DNA of 64,000 bases. Source: an uncultured bacterium (lineage in GTDB: Bacteria > Actinomycetota > Acidimicrobiia > Spongiisociales > UBA4744). The translations under genes were made by a program, and so were the position numbers. Where the stretch lies: NCBI GenBank assembly GCA_963827865.1, contig CAWHCO010000001.1, forward strand, positions 31,977 to 95,976. Direction: 5' to 3'. The notes under the pieces were generated by a model. The model was not told where the DNA came from. It ran no database searches and saw only the letters and a list, made by a program, of their open reading frames with translations. Of the stretch, positions 9,073 to 19,189 are shown piece after piece. Positions within the stretch are counted from its first letter, which is position 1, and each line of letters begins with the position of its first letter.

Positions 9073-9603
9073 TTACCGCGCCCACAGGTCCCGGGCGTAC
9101 AGCCCCGCAACCCACCAGTAGAGGACCAAGCCGACCACGCCCAGCACCCACGCGATGACGAGAAACACAGTGGGGATGAAGTCACCCTGAGCTACGTAGA
9201 ACGCTGGTATCGCCCCATACAAGATGAACGTCGCGAGCTTCCCGAGCCAGCGCACCTCGATCCTGCCGCCCTTGCTCGCCACGACGATCGTTCCGATTCC
9301 GACGGCGACCTCGCGCGCCGTGATGCCGAGACCCAGCAGGAGAGGGATGACACCCACCACCATTCCACCAATGACTGCCGTCGCGATCGCGAGGCGGTCG
9401 GCCACCGGGTCGAGGATCTTGCCAAGTTCTGACACCTGATCGAGACGTCGCGCCAGGTACCCATCGATCCAGTCAGTCCACCCGATGACGAGGAGAAGCC
9501 ACCCCGCCGCTGCGTACTCACCACGTGCGAAGACAAACCAGGCGAACACGCCGACACCAACGAGACGGATGCTGGAGACGAGATTGGGGATGGTGAGGAT
9601 CAG
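9073..9603 (-). CDS. CDP-alcohol phosphatidyltransferase (PgsA-like); probable CTG start
   Basis: DWIDGYLARRLDQVSELGKILDPVAD motif; conserved LTIPNLVSSIR lies upstream of the GTG at 9549. Confidence 0.88.
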   Translation of the reverse strand: MILTIPNLVSSIRLVGVGVFAWFVFARGEYAAAGWLLLVIGWTDWIDGYLARRLDQVSELGKILDPVADRLAIATAVIGGMVVGVIPLLLGLGITAREVAVGIGTIVVASKGGRIEVRWLGKLATFILYGAIPAFYVAQGDFIPTVFLVIAWVLGVVGLVLYWWVAGLYARDLWAR

Positions 9604-10610
9604 TGGCTCTGCTCCGCGACGTAGCAGGAGACGAAGTGACCCGGTTCCAACTCCACAAGTCGCGGGTGGTCACTGGTGCGACACTGTTCGGTCGCCCAGG
9701 GGCACCGATCCAGGAAGCGGCATACGGGATCCGGATCGATGGACTTGGTGATACCACCCTGAATCTCGACGTCCGGTCGCGTGTAACTCGGATCGGGTAC
9801 CGGCACGGCCGAAAGCAGCGCCCGCGTGTAGGGATGCATTGGATTCGAGAGCAGCTCCTCGGTGGGTGCGATCTCGACGATCTTGCCAAGGTACATGACG
9901 GCGATCCGATCGCACATGTACCTAGCGACTGCAAGGTCATGAGTGATGTAGAGGTAGGAGACCCCGAACTCCTCTGCGAGCTTCAGCATGATGTCCATGA
10001 TGGAGATGCGGATGCTGACGTCCAGCATCGACGTGGGCTCATCGGCGACGACGAACACCGGATCGATCACCAACGCGCGCGCGATGGCGACCCGCTGCCG
10101 CTGTCCGCCGGACAACTCGTGTGGGTAGCGGAACATGAAGCTCTCCGCGGGTGCGAGTCCCACCATCTCGAGTAGTTCGGCCACCCGCTGTTCTCGCTCC
10201 GGGAGGCGCCCGATCCCTTGCACCTGGAGTGGCTCGGCGATCGTGTCGTAGATCGTCCGCCTCGGATTCATGGACTCGTAGGGATCCTGGAAGATCATCT
10301 GCACGCGACGACGGAAGCGCTTCATCCCGTCCTTGCCGATATCGGACACGTCCAACATCTCATCGCCGTCCTGCAGTTGGATCGACCCTCCCGTGTTGTG
10401 CTCGAGCCGGGCGAGGATGCGCCCTGTCGTGGTCTTGCCCGATCCGGACTCCCCCACCAAGCCGAGGGTCTCACCTGACCCGATCTCGAACGAAACGCCG
10501 TCGACCGCGTGGATGAACTGGTGGGCCTTCCTGAAGATGCCGCGACCGAGAGGGAACAGCTTCTCGAGGTTCTCTACTTTGACGAGTGGGCCGTTGGCGT
10601 TCGCGCTCAT
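9600..10610 (-). CDS. peptide ABC transporter ATP-binding protein (OppF/DppF-like)
   Basis: GESGSGKT, LSGGQRQR, HPYT, C-terminal Cys motif; ATGA overlap at 10607-10610. Confidence 0.93.
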   Translation of the reverse strand: MSANANGPLVKVENLEKLFPLGRGIFRKAHQFIHAVDGVSFEIGSGETLGLVGESGSGKTTTGRILARLEHNTGGSIQLQDGDEMLDVSDIGKDGMKRFRRRVQMIFQDPYESMNPRRTIYDTIAEPLQVQGIGRLPEREQRVAELLEMVGLAPAESFMFRYPHELSGGQRQRVAIARALVIDPVFVVADEPTSMLDVSIRISIMDIMLKLAEEFGVSYLYITHDLAVARYMCDRIAVMYLGKIVEIAPTEELLSNPMHPYTRALLSAVPVPDPSYTRPDVEIQGGITKSIDPDPVCRFLDRCPWATEQCRTSDHPRLVELEPGHFVSCYVAEQSH

Positions 10611-11623
10611 GCCTCCAACCTCCGGAGCTCCGGAACCTCGTCTGGGTGCCAGCACGCGACACTATGACCTTCGGAGAGCTCCTCGAATGGAGGTTCGTCG
10701 ATGCTACAGATCTCGGTGGCCCACGGGCATCTCGGATGGAAGCGGCAGCCGCTCGGGGGTTTCAGTAGGTCTGGAGGCTCTCCCTCCAGCGGAGCCAGCT
10801 TTCGTCTGGGTCCCTTCACGCTCGGCGTGGAGGCGAGAAGAAGGTACGTGTACGGGTGCTTGGGATGCGAAAACACCTCGTCGGTCGAGCCCAATTCGAC
10901 GAGCTTGCCCGCGTACATCACGCCGATCCTGTCGCTCACTTCGGCGATGACGGCCACGTCGTGTGAGATGTAGATGATCGCCATGCCGAGAGCTTCTTGC
11001 ACATGCTTCAACTCGCGCAGGATCTGGTCCTGAACGATCACGTCCAGCGCGGTTGTCGGCTCGTCGGCGATGATGAGCTTTGGATCGCACGAGAGTGCCA
11101 TTGCGATGATGGCTCGCTGCCGCATCCCGCCTGACAACTCGTGTGGATACCTGTCCATCATCTCTGGTACCAAACCCACGAGTTCGAACAACTCGGCTAT
11201 GCGCTGGCGTCCTTCGGTCTCCATCATGTCCGGGAAGTGCTGTTCCATCGCTTCCCAGATCTGATCGCCAACCTTGTAGACCGGGTTCCATGCATTCATC
11301 GCACCCTGGAAGACCATGGAGATGTCACTCCAGCGGTGCTTGCGCATCTGTTCGTCGGTCAGCCTTGCGACGTCGGTGCCGACGAGGATGATCTTCCCGT
11401 CCACGATGCGGGCGTTGTCGGCCAGAAGACGGATGAGCGTCATCGCGATGGATGTCTTCCCGCATCCCGACTCTCCCACCAGTCCGAGCGCTTCGCCTTC
11501 CGCGAGGGTGAAGCTCACATCGTCGACCGCTCGCACCTCGCCTTTCTTCACCGTGTAGTGCATGGTCAGGTGCTGAACGTCGAGGACGGGTTTGGCGACG
11601 AACGCCCGTTGGTCAAGACTCAT
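10607..11623 (-). CDS. peptide ABC transporter ATP-binding protein (OppD/DppD-like)
   Basis: GESGCGKT, LSGGMRQR, DEPTTALD, GCRFHPRC. Confidence 0.93.
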   Translation of the reverse strand: MSLDQRAFVAKPVLDVQHLTMHYTVKKGEVRAVDDVSFTLAEGEALGLVGESGCGKTSIAMTLIRLLADNARIVDGKIILVGTDVARLTDEQMRKHRWSDISMVFQGAMNAWNPVYKVGDQIWEAMEQHFPDMMETEGRQRIAELFELVGLVPEMMDRYPHELSGGMRQRAIIAMALSCDPKLIIADEPTTALDVIVQDQILRELKHVQEALGMAIIYISHDVAVIAEVSDRIGVMYAGKLVELGSTDEVFSHPKHPYTYLLLASTPSVKGPRRKLAPLEGEPPDLLKPPSGCRFHPRCPWATEICSIDEPPFEELSEGHSVACWHPDEVPELRRLEA

Positions 11624-11627
11624 CGAA

Positions 11628-12704
11628 TCAGCGTCTCCTGAGTCTGGGGTTGACGATTTCATCCATGGCACGTCCCACCAGGTAGAAGGAACCCGCCAGC
11701 AGCGTGACCGACATCCCGGCAGGGAGCAGGAGCCACCAGTAGCTCGCGCTCGAGAGGAGGTAGCCCTGCGAGTTCGCTGTGTAGATCATGATGCCCCAGC
11801 TCATGTTGATGTTGAGCAGGCCCAGGAACGACAGGGTGGCCTCGCTCGAGATGGCGTCGGTCACCGAGAACATCATGTAGAGGAAGCTCAACGGCAGCAC
11901 GTTCGGGATGACGTGGCGGAAGATGAGGTGCATTCTCCCTCCGCCAGCGACGCGGGCGGCGTCGATGAACGGCTTCACAGACACGGAGAGTGCCTGGGAC
12001 TTCAGGATGATGGCTGTTCCACCGAACCCGGACAGTACCCCGATGAGGATCGCGAGGTGAAGCAGTTCGAAGTGGAACAGCGCGGACAGGACGATGAGGA
12101 TAGGCAGGAAGGGCACCAGGAGGATCAGGTCGGCGAGCCGCATGAACATCGTGTCGACGATTCCGCCGAAGAACGCAGACACTGAACCGACGGTCGTGCC
12201 GATGCCAACGGTCACCAGTGCCGCGACGATGCCCAATATGAACGCCGCTCTTGTCGAGTACATGAGCTGTGACAACACGTCACGGCCAAGAGGATCAGTT
12301 CCCAGCAGGTGATTCTCCGACGGGGGGGCAGGCTGTTGGGAGATCTCCATTGTCTCCCCCACCTTCAGCAGGGGGTTGATCAGTCGAGCGCTGAAGAGGT
12401 CGATTTGGGTCTCAGGATCGGTGACTTCGGCGTCGGGAACGATCACTTTCTGGACGACCGGGGCGTCGTAGCCGACGACCGGATCATAGATTTTGGGATC
12501 CCACACCGTGTGCATGAGGATCGGGTGCGCGAGCGCCATCAGCCCGTACAGCACGATGATCGACAATCCGACGATGCCGATACGGTTGGAAACGAAGGAG
12601 GACCACCCCTTCCTGAACCCCCGCCATGCCAGACGAAGGCGAATCCTCCATAGTGCCTCCTCCGAAGCGACGACGGTGCCCTCGTGCAGATCAGGGAGAC
12701 TCAT
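11628..12704 (-). CDS. peptide ABC transporter permease (OppC-like)
   Basis: HLLGTDPLGRD, EAA-loop FIDAARVAG, HVIPN. Confidence 0.92.
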   Translation of the reverse strand: MSLPDLHEGTVVASEEALWRIRLRLAWRGFRKGWSSFVSNRIGIVGLSIIVLYGLMALAHPILMHTVWDPKIYDPVVGYDAPVVQKVIVPDAEVTDPETQIDLFSARLINPLLKVGETMEISQQPAPPSENHLLGTDPLGRDVLSQLMYSTRAAFILGIVAALVTVGIGTTVGSVSAFFGGIVDTMFMRLADLILLVPFLPILIVLSALFHFELLHLAILIGVLSGFGGTAIILKSQALSVSVKPFIDAARVAGGGRMHLIFRHVIPNVLPLSFLYMMFSVTDAISSEATLSFLGLLNINMSWGIMIYTANSQGYLLSSASYWWLLLPAGMSVTLLAGSFYLVGRAMDEIVNPRLRRR

Positions 12705-12707
12705 GAC

Positions 12708-13877
12708 TCAATCCCCCACTCGGATCCGAGGATCCAGGTACATGTAGACGACGTCCACGACGATGTGCGCAACCAACGCGAGGATGGCGATGAACGTGAA
12801 GGATCCGATGATCAGTGGGATGTCCTCCTGGAGCGCCGCGCTCAAGAGCGTCTGACCCATGCCCGGCCAAGAGAACACCGTCTCGGTGATGACCCCGCCT
12901 CCGATCAGGAACGCGAGGCTGATCACCAGCGAAGTCGTCACCGGCAGAAGGGCGTTCCGGGCAGCGTGATGGTCCCTGATCGTCTTCGAAGACAGTCCTT
13001 TGGCTCGAGCCGTCAGGATGTAGTCCTCACGCAACGTCTCCAGCATTGATGCCCTGGTCAAGAGCATGGTCCCCCCGAATCCGATCAATGCCAGTGTGAT
13101 CGTCGGCAAGATCAGATGGTCGCCGATGTCGAGCGCGTACGGGAGCATCTCCGACCACACGGTCATCCACCACACCACCGCGAACCCCACCAGCAGGATC
13201 CGTCCACCCCAAAGGATGCGCCTTGCAACGACGCTATTGTGCATGCGTCTCGTTGTGATCTCCAGGGCCAGCAGCGTCAGGCCCAGCAACAGCGCGGTCA
13301 GCAACATCCGTTCGAACACGGAGTTGGCGTCGAAGGTGTCCGGCTTGTCGAGCCACTTTTCGACGCTGAGGAATTTCCCGCCTGGAAAGAGTTTTAAGTT
13401 GAACGAGAATGTTCGAATCATGATGAGCGCGAACCACGGGTAGAAGACGGTCTGGAAGAACACCCCCACGACCGTAATGAGGTTTTCCCCACGTTTCCCT
13501 CGTCGCCACGCCAGGACCTTGCCCGACTTGAAACCCACCAGGAACGAAAGCAGCGTCGCAAACAGGAAGAGTGCGAGCGTTCGCGGAACCCTCTCCTTGA
13601 GAATGTCCCATACCTGCTTCGGATACTCGGAGAACGACACACCCAGGTTTCCCGTGGCGAAGTTCCTCATGTAGTGCAGGTACTGCTGCATGGGCGTCCC
13701 CGTGAGCCCGAGTCGTTCGGCGTATTGGGTGCGGACCTCCTGCGTGAGCTTCGGATTCGAGAGGAACTGGTCGCTGATATCTCCGGGCTGTGCTTGGAGG
13801 AGGAAGTATGTCGCGGTGAGGAACACCAAGAACACGATCAGGCTCTGCGCAATACGCTTGCCGACGTACTTGAGCAC
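12708..13877 (-). CDS. peptide ABC transporter permease (OppB-like)
   Basis: EDYILTARAKG, HAARNALLP, ETVFSWPGMG, YLDPRIR. Confidence 0.92.
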   Translation of the reverse strand: MLKYVGKRIAQSLIVFLVFLTATYFLLQAQPGDISDQFLSNPKLTQEVRTQYAERLGLTGTPMQQYLHYMRNFATGNLGVSFSEYPKQVWDILKERVPRTLALFLFATLLSFLVGFKSGKVLAWRRGKRGENLITVVGVFFQTVFYPWFALIMIRTFSFNLKLFPGGKFLSVEKWLDKPDTFDANSVFERMLLTALLLGLTLLALEITTRRMHNSVVARRILWGGRILLVGFAVVWWMTVWSEMLPYALDIGDHLILPTITLALIGFGGTMLLTRASMLETLREDYILTARAKGLSSKTIRDHHAARNALLPVTTSLVISLAFLIGGGVITETVFSWPGMGQTLLSAALQEDIPLIIGSFTFIAILALVAHIVVDVVYMYLDPRIRVGD

Positions 13878-13928
13878 CTCACCTCCTCAGCGTCTTCGGG
13901 CGGTAGGACCTTAGCAGCGTCACATACG

Positions 13929-13959
13929 ACAAAGGGAGGACCAGAGGTCCTCCCTTTGT
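13929..13959. terminator. perfect 14-bp hairpin between SBP and permease genes (terminator or mRNA-stabilising stem)
   Basis: ACAAAGGGAGGACC-AGA-GGTCCTCCCTTTGT. Confidence 0.75.
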
Positions 13960-13981
13960 GCTTCTCGCTTGTGGACGTTCC

Positions 13982-15994
13982 CTACTGGGCGACGTTCACG
14001 TCTGCGGGCAGGCCGTTCAGCGTCTGTAGGCCGTCCAACACGTCGGTGAAGGGGAACACCAAAGTGTTGTTGTAGGCCTCCAGGATCGGCGTCGAGAAGA
14101 GCACCTCGTACGGGAGGTTCTCAACGACGTTCTGGTCCATAGCCTTCACAGCCGTCTTCGCCGAATCGAGGTCGGTCGCAGCCAGGAACTCCTTCGCCAG
14201 GGCGTCGAAGTCGGCGTTGTTGTAGCCGGGCGTGTTGAAGCCACCGTTGGCCGAGTCCTGCCATGAAGCGAAGAACGCCGGCAGGAAGTCAGGCAGCGCC
14301 GGGTTGCCGAGACCCCATCCGAGGATGTACATGTCCCAGTCGAGTGCGCCGTCGCCTTCGGCGAAGACCTTGTCAACGATCACGTTGAATCCGGTCGCGT
14401 TGGCCTCGAGCGGAATGCCGAGCCAGCTCGCCCACTGGGCGATCCAGATGGCCGTCGTCGACCGAAGCGGGTCGTAGCCAGGTCCGGGGGCCAGCAGCTC
14501 GAGACTCGGGACTGCCTTGCCGTCCGGGTCCTTCAGTCCGGTACCGGTTCCAGCCATCAGGTCCAGGTTGTCTGGATCCCACTGGGGAGTGACGCCCCAG
14601 GTGAAACCGGCATCGGTCATGTACTGGAGTGCCTGGTTGAACCTGGCCTCTTCGTCCAGATCCTTGCAGATCTGCTGTACGTCCGGGTTCGCCCAGGTGG
14701 TGTTGCCCTCGGGCACCGTGCTGTACGTGGGGATGATTGCCCCACCCAGCAACGTCTGGAGGAACTCCTTGTTCGTCAAGCACGCGATCGCCTGCCGGAA
14801 GCCCAGGTACTTCATCGGGGACTTCCTCATGTTGAACGCCAGGTAACGGAATCCGTTCGCTGGGTTCGCGATCAGGGTCAACTCGGGCGAGCCGAGCACT
14901 TCGTTCTTCAGTCCGGTGTTCAGACCGCTCGGGTTGAGCATGAACTGAATGTCACCACTCTTGAGCGCAAGGATGGCGGCGTTCTGGTCCGAGTAGATCG
15001 AGTAGATCACGTCCTTGGCGTACGGTCCATCGGTGTACTCAACGGTCACGTCACCGGTTCCGGTGCCGTCGTACATCTCGTCGAAGCCCTTGGCGTCATT
15101 GACCTGTTCGAACGTACCGTCGCTGTAGAACTTGTACGTCGTGCCGTTGTAGTAGCTGTCCGGGTTGGAAACGTTCTTCGCGAATGCACCCGGCTCACGG
15201 CTGTCATAGATGAACGCACCGGCGGAGGGCTCGCCCTCGCCGGACGCAGCTTCGATCGTCTGTGCAGGATCGTCGGACGTAGCGGCCTCGTCGACAGCCG
15301 GCTGCCAGAAGCTCTGCGGCATGATCGGCATGAGGCCGATGCCGAACTGCCAGATGGCCAGACCAGGATTGGATGAGAAGGTGATCTTGACGGTGTAGTC
15401 ATCCACCGCTTCAACCTTTGTCACACCGTCGACCGTCTCATCGACATCCGTCGTCGCCGGATCGTCCGGAACGTACGCGGCCAAGTTGGTCGACCAGTTG
15501 CCACCGACGCCGAGCTGCGTACCTGCGTCCCACGTGAACACGAAGTCGTTGGCCGTCACAGGCTGTCCATCTGACCACATGTAACCCTGACGCAACGTCT
15601 GAGTCACCGTCCAGACATCACCCTCCTGCACGGCTGCTTCCGGAGCACCTTCAGCGATACCGGGCACGAGCTGCCACGACGGTGCGGCCAGCGTGAACAG
15701 TGACGTGTGCTGGTTTCCGAGGACGTATCCGTTCCACACTGACGACTCTGCGTCCAGATAGGACCAGAAGTTGTCGGTGGTCAGATCCTCGAAAATGCCA
15801 AGCTTGTATGTAAAGCCCGCACTACCGGTGGCCGCCGTGGTCGTCGTCGCGCCGCTTCCTGCGGTCGTCGTCGTTGCCGTACCTGCCGTGGTAGTAGTGG
15901 ACTCTGTGGTGGTTCCCTGGCCGCAGGCCGCAGCGACGAGCGCCAGCAGCGCAACGACCGCGATCCACGTCCAGAGTCTCCGTTGTTTCTTCAC
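13982..15994 (-). CDS. ABC transporter substrate-binding lipoprotein, family 5 (OppA-like)
   Basis: Lipobox VAAAC, Thr-rich linker, WSDGQPVTANDFVFT; GTG 15994 preceded by GGAGG. Confidence 0.9.
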   Translation of the reverse strand: MKKQRRLWTWIAVVALLALVAAACGQGTTTESTTTTAGTATTTTAGSGATTTTAATGSAGFTYKLGIFEDLTTDNFWSYLDAESSVWNGYVLGNQHTSLFTLAAPSWQLVPGIAEGAPEAAVQEGDVWTVTQTLRQGYMWSDGQPVTANDFVFTWDAGTQLGVGGNWSTNLAAYVPDDPATTDVDETVDGVTKVEAVDDYTVKITFSSNPGLAIWQFGIGLMPIMPQSFWQPAVDEAATSDDPAQTIEAASGEGEPSAGAFIYDSREPGAFAKNVSNPDSYYNGTTYKFYSDGTFEQVNDAKGFDEMYDGTGTGDVTVEYTDGPYAKDVIYSIYSDQNAAILALKSGDIQFMLNPSGLNTGLKNEVLGSPELTLIANPANGFRYLAFNMRKSPMKYLGFRQAIACLTNKEFLQTLLGGAIIPTYSTVPEGNTTWANPDVQQICKDLDEEARFNQALQYMTDAGFTWGVTPQWDPDNLDLMAGTGTGLKDPDGKAVPSLELLAPGPGYDPLRSTTAIWIAQWASWLGIPLEANATGFNVIVDKVFAEGDGALDWDMYILGWGLGNPALPDFLPAFFASWQDSANGGFNTPGYNNADFDALAKEFLAATDLDSAKTAVKAMDQNVVENLPYEVLFSTPILEAYNNTLVFPFTDVLDGLQTLNGLPADVNVAQ

Positions 15995-16164
15995 AGTACA
16001 ACCCTCCATAGGTCATCCCAATTCCTTCATGTTCGCTGGAGCAGCCTCTAGGGCAGCCCTCGGGAACTGATCTGAGGTTAGCCCTCGCGGGGAGCATCTC
16101 CAACAGGAACAAGCCACCATTTCCCAGACGGCGGGCACGATGAAGGCGATGGCCTCGGGGGTGC

Positions 16165-16413
16165 TCAGTGGCGGTAGACGAGGAGACGTTGCTCGATCAC
16201 CGAACTGCCCAGCCTGATCGTCTTGCAGGCGGGCTGCGCGAACCCTTCGCTTGCCTCGCCGGCCGCGGTGACGTCTGCGAGATCGACGGGCATCCCCACG
16301 AGAAAGCCGTCGCGCAAGGTCAGTACGTGACCTGTTGCCGAATCGGTGACCGGCGCGGTGACGACTCCCACTCCCCCTTCCAGGTGAACGACGGCCAAGA
16401 AAACGGCCCTCAA
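16165..16413 (-). other. possible gene remnant or small ORF next to the att-like repeat
   Basis: 82-aa ORF with no recognised family; its 5' end overlaps the repeat. Confidence 0.2.
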
Positions 16414-16494
16414 GGAAACCCACGTCCAGAAATGAAACCCCCGACACCTCAGTGGTCTCGGGGGTTTCTGTAGGTCGGGCTGGCCGGATTGAAC
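16390..16494 (-). repeat. degenerate ~105-bp direct repeat, copy 1 (tRNA-Pro 3' fragment + hairpin + GACG.CCAAGAAA.CGGC motif)
   Basis: ggtcgggctggccggatt at 16473-16490 is identical to 19167-19184; 16390-16407 matches 19082-19099 at 16/18. Confidence 0.85.
16434..16468 (-). terminator. hairpin following the tRNA 3' fragment
   Basis: GAAACCCCCGA...TCGGGGGTTTC, perfect 11-bp stem. Confidence 0.65.
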
Positions 16495-16648
16495 TGCTTG
16501 GAGCGCCTCGGGTTCCGACCCGGGAGCTGATGAGGATCGTCACTGCCAGATCTTCCGGCGTTGTTCGTCGTCCGGCGTGGTGGGCCCCCATACCAGCACA
16601 GCGGTCACGCGCTGTGGCCCGGTTGCGGCGATCGGGGCCTGGCGCTAC

Positions 16649-19006
16649 TTAGGGCGCGAGTCTGAGGATTAGCGGATAGTCCCCTATTAGGAGATCTTCG
16701 ATGACAAGATCGCCACCGTCATCGTTCGTGATCAGCTCCTGCGTGTAGCCATAGAGTACGTCTACACCCGTCACCGTGTGCCCCGAGAAGCCAGGCAGTA
16801 CCACGGTGGAAGCAAGTCCTGGATCTTGATCGACCGCAGCACCGTTCGTCCACAGGGCAATGAGGGTTTCACCGTTCGGCAGTGAGAAGCTGTAGCTCTC
16901 AATGTCGGGATACTCGCTCTGCAGGGGACTCGCCAGGCCCGCGGCTCTGGCTCCAGCCATGACGTTCCCGAGGTTGCGAACGGTCTCGGAGACGATCGGT
17001 ATCTCTTGGGGTTCGGTGATTCCCGCCACCACGTCCATGCCGAGATTCATCACGATTGCTCGGACCCAGTACTTCGCAGCAACAGTGTCGGTGTATTCCC
17101 ACGGTTCATAGGGGCTGGGAGCGGTCGGAGTGTTCCAGTGCATTTCTGAAGCGACGTATTCCCCCCTGAAACCGTGGGCAGTGGCAACGTCTTTGATTTC
17201 TTGCACCAGAGATGGATAGTTGTAGTAATACTCGCGGGTTTCGTCGTATTGCGGCGATTCTCCATACAAGGGGTGGAAGCCGATGACGTCCACGAGGGGC
17301 ATGACGTCCGATTGGAGGACATTGAAGAGGTAGTCGCGGGAATATCCCTCTCGTAAGGCGGTGGCACCCCCCACCATTATCTTCGCTTGGGGATCCGCCT
17401 CACGGATGATCGGAACTACTCGATGGATCAGGTTGATGTAGTCCTCTACCTCAACATAGAACAGCGGCTCGTTCAGAATCTCGTAGTACTGGATGCGGCC
17501 TTCGAAGTGGCTCACGATCATGCGGGTGTAGTCAAGGAACAGTTGAACCTCTTCCTCGTTCCCGTAGTTCGGGGGCCTCTCTGCATGAAGACCCTCGTCC
17601 CAATGTTCCAACACGTAGATGATGGTGGTCCCGTTATCTGCCAATGATGAGATTGCTCTGTCCTGGATTTCGGTGATCCTGGGTTGGGAATACCAACCAT
17701 CCCTCACAGCCTGTTCCCAGTCCATGGGGTCGAGAGATGCCCGCATCCATCGTGTCCCCAGTTGTTCCACCTCCACCAGTCTGCCGTCGGCGTCCCGTGG
17801 GTCCAGGACGTTGAAGTTCGAGATCCGGTTGTCTGCCAGCTCTTGATATGGCAGTAGCACGATCCGTGCCTTGGGCTCGGCGTTTCCTTCTTGAAGAGTC
17901 AATGATCTCCGGGTCCCAAAGGTATGCGGAGAGAATCCGCTGGTGTTACCGGCGAGATCGGTAGCAGTAGCAGTCAGAAACGGACCCTCGAAGGCGGTGC
18001 CGTTGTCAAAGGTGAACCTGCCTTCCTCATCCGCCACAGCCTGCCCTTCGTAGATCGCGCCCTCGTCGCCGGCATCCGAGAACACCTCTACCACGCATCC
18101 CGCACAGGCGGCGCCTACCAGGGTGCCAGCCTGGAGGTCGAAGTCGAATAGCGCTGGCGCGACCAAAGAGTCGTTGCTCCCGTTGAGCGCGATCCCCCTG
18201 AGAGCGTTGTCATGAATGCTGTTCTGAGAGATCGTATTGCCAACAATGTCGCCATCCCGGATCCCGAAGCTAATACCCCACTGATCGCTGAAAGCGATAG
18301 TGTTGTTGGGCCCGATCTGATTGCTATGGGCCCCTTCGGATACGACTACTCCGGCGACCCGAATCTCCAGCGGCGTCACCCCGTCAGCGAGCACCCCAAT
18401 ATGGTTTCCCGTAACCCGATTGTGAGACGCTCCGCCCCAAAGGCCAATGCCATAGTCACTGCCACCAACGACATTGTCCTTAATGAGGTTGTTGTGACCA
18501 CCACTTATGTGAAGAGCCGCTCCAGAGAAGTTCCTCATCTGGAGACCGATAATCGCGTTCTTGTCTGAGACGATGTAGAGAGGGCTCTCGACGTCGGGGT
18601 CTCCACTTCCATCGATGATCACGCCGGCAGTGCTGGCGTCGATCGTCAAGTACCCCTGCCGGATGCCCGGCAACTCGCCTTCCAGCATGATCGAAACCGG
18701 ATTATCAGGCGGGAACACCACTGGATCGAAGACAATCATGTCACCGGTCTTCGCGTCCAAAAGCGCCTGGCGCAACGTGCCAGGGCCGTTGTCGGCTGGA
18801 CTCGTGACAACGATCGTCTCGCCGAGTGGTCTCGATGTTGTTGAAGCAGGCGGCGGAGAAGACGGCGCGGTTGAGGACGATGCCCCAAGAGGAGAGGCAA
18901 TCGCAGTTGACTCAGGCGTGACGGAGGAGGGCACCCCTGGACTGCAGCCGGACAAGAACAGAACGACTGCCGTTCCGAAAACGAACCGCTGCCGGGCACT
19001 TCCCAT
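16649..19006 (-). CDS. lipoprotein with right-handed beta-helix domain and clan GH-A-like glycoside hydrolase domain
   Basis: Lipobox LSGC, S/P linker, VTSPADNGPGTLRQA, N-rich beta-helix repeats, YYEILNEP (acid/base) and ASEMHW (nucleophile); GGAGG 6 nt before ATG. Confidence 0.75.
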   Translation of the reverse strand: MGSARQRFVFGTAVVLFLSGCSPGVPSSVTPESTAIASPLGASSSTAPSSPPPASTTSRPLGETIVVTSPADNGPGTLRQALLDAKTGDMIVFDPVVFPPDNPVSIMLEGELPGIRQGYLTIDASTAGVIIDGSGDPDVESPLYIVSDKNAIIGLQMRNFSGAALHISGGHNNLIKDNVVGGSDYGIGLWGGASHNRVTGNHIGVLADGVTPLEIRVAGVVVSEGAHSNQIGPNNTIAFSDQWGISFGIRDGDIVGNTISQNSIHDNALRGIALNGSNDSLVAPALFDFDLQAGTLVGAACAGCVVEVFSDAGDEGAIYEGQAVADEEGRFTFDNGTAFEGPFLTATATDLAGNTSGFSPHTFGTRRSLTLQEGNAEPKARIVLLPYQELADNRISNFNVLDPRDADGRLVEVEQLGTRWMRASLDPMDWEQAVRDGWYSQPRITEIQDRAISSLADNGTTIIYVLEHWDEGLHAERPPNYGNEEEVQLFLDYTRMIVSHFEGRIQYYEILNEPLFYVEVEDYINLIHRVVPIIREADPQAKIMVGGATALREGYSRDYLFNVLQSDVMPLVDVIGFHPLYGESPQYDETREYYYNYPSLVQEIKDVATAHGFRGEYVASEMHWNTPTAPSPYEPWEYTDTVAAKYWVRAIVMNLGMDVVAGITEPQEIPIVSETVRNLGNVMAGARAAGLASPLQSEYPDIESYSFSLPNGETLIALWTNGAAVDQDPGLASTVVLPGFSGHTVTGVDVLYGYTQELITNDDGGDLVIEDLLIGDYPLILRLAP

Positions 19007-19081
19007 CAATCGCCTCCGAGATCTGCCCCGCCGTCAGTCTATCAGTGCCTGCTATGCCGCTCACAGCCTCGTGAACCAAGA

Positions 19082-19189
19082 GACGACCAAGAAACCGGCT
19101 CCCACAGAGACCGACCCACGAAGACGAGAAAACCCCGAAACTACTCAGGTTTCGGGGTCTTCTCTCGGTCGGGCTGGCCGGATTTGAAC
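19082..19189 (-). repeat. degenerate ~105-bp direct repeat, copy 2 (includes the true tRNA 3' end)
   Basis: See copy 1. Confidence 0.85.
19126..19164 (-). terminator. tRNA-Pro terminator hairpin
   Basis: Minus strand GAGAAGACCCCGAAAC-loop-GTTTCGGGGTTTTCTC, 16 bp with one G-U pair. Confidence 0.75.

Larger units (their letters stand above)
16473..19189. mobile_element. integrase-less genomic islet at the tRNA-Pro 3' end
   Basis: Flanked by tRNA 3'-end direct repeats; one cargo gene; visibly lower GC (one counted 60-nt line, 18241-18300, is 32/60 GC). Confidence 0.7.

Noticed and set aside
15830-15915. Short tandem repeats in oppA
   Set aside because: They encode the Thr-rich lipoprotein linker, not a DNA element
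16013-16591. 192-aa minus-strand ORF
   Set aside because: Runs through the att repeat, hairpin and oppA promoter; low-complexity Arg-rich translation
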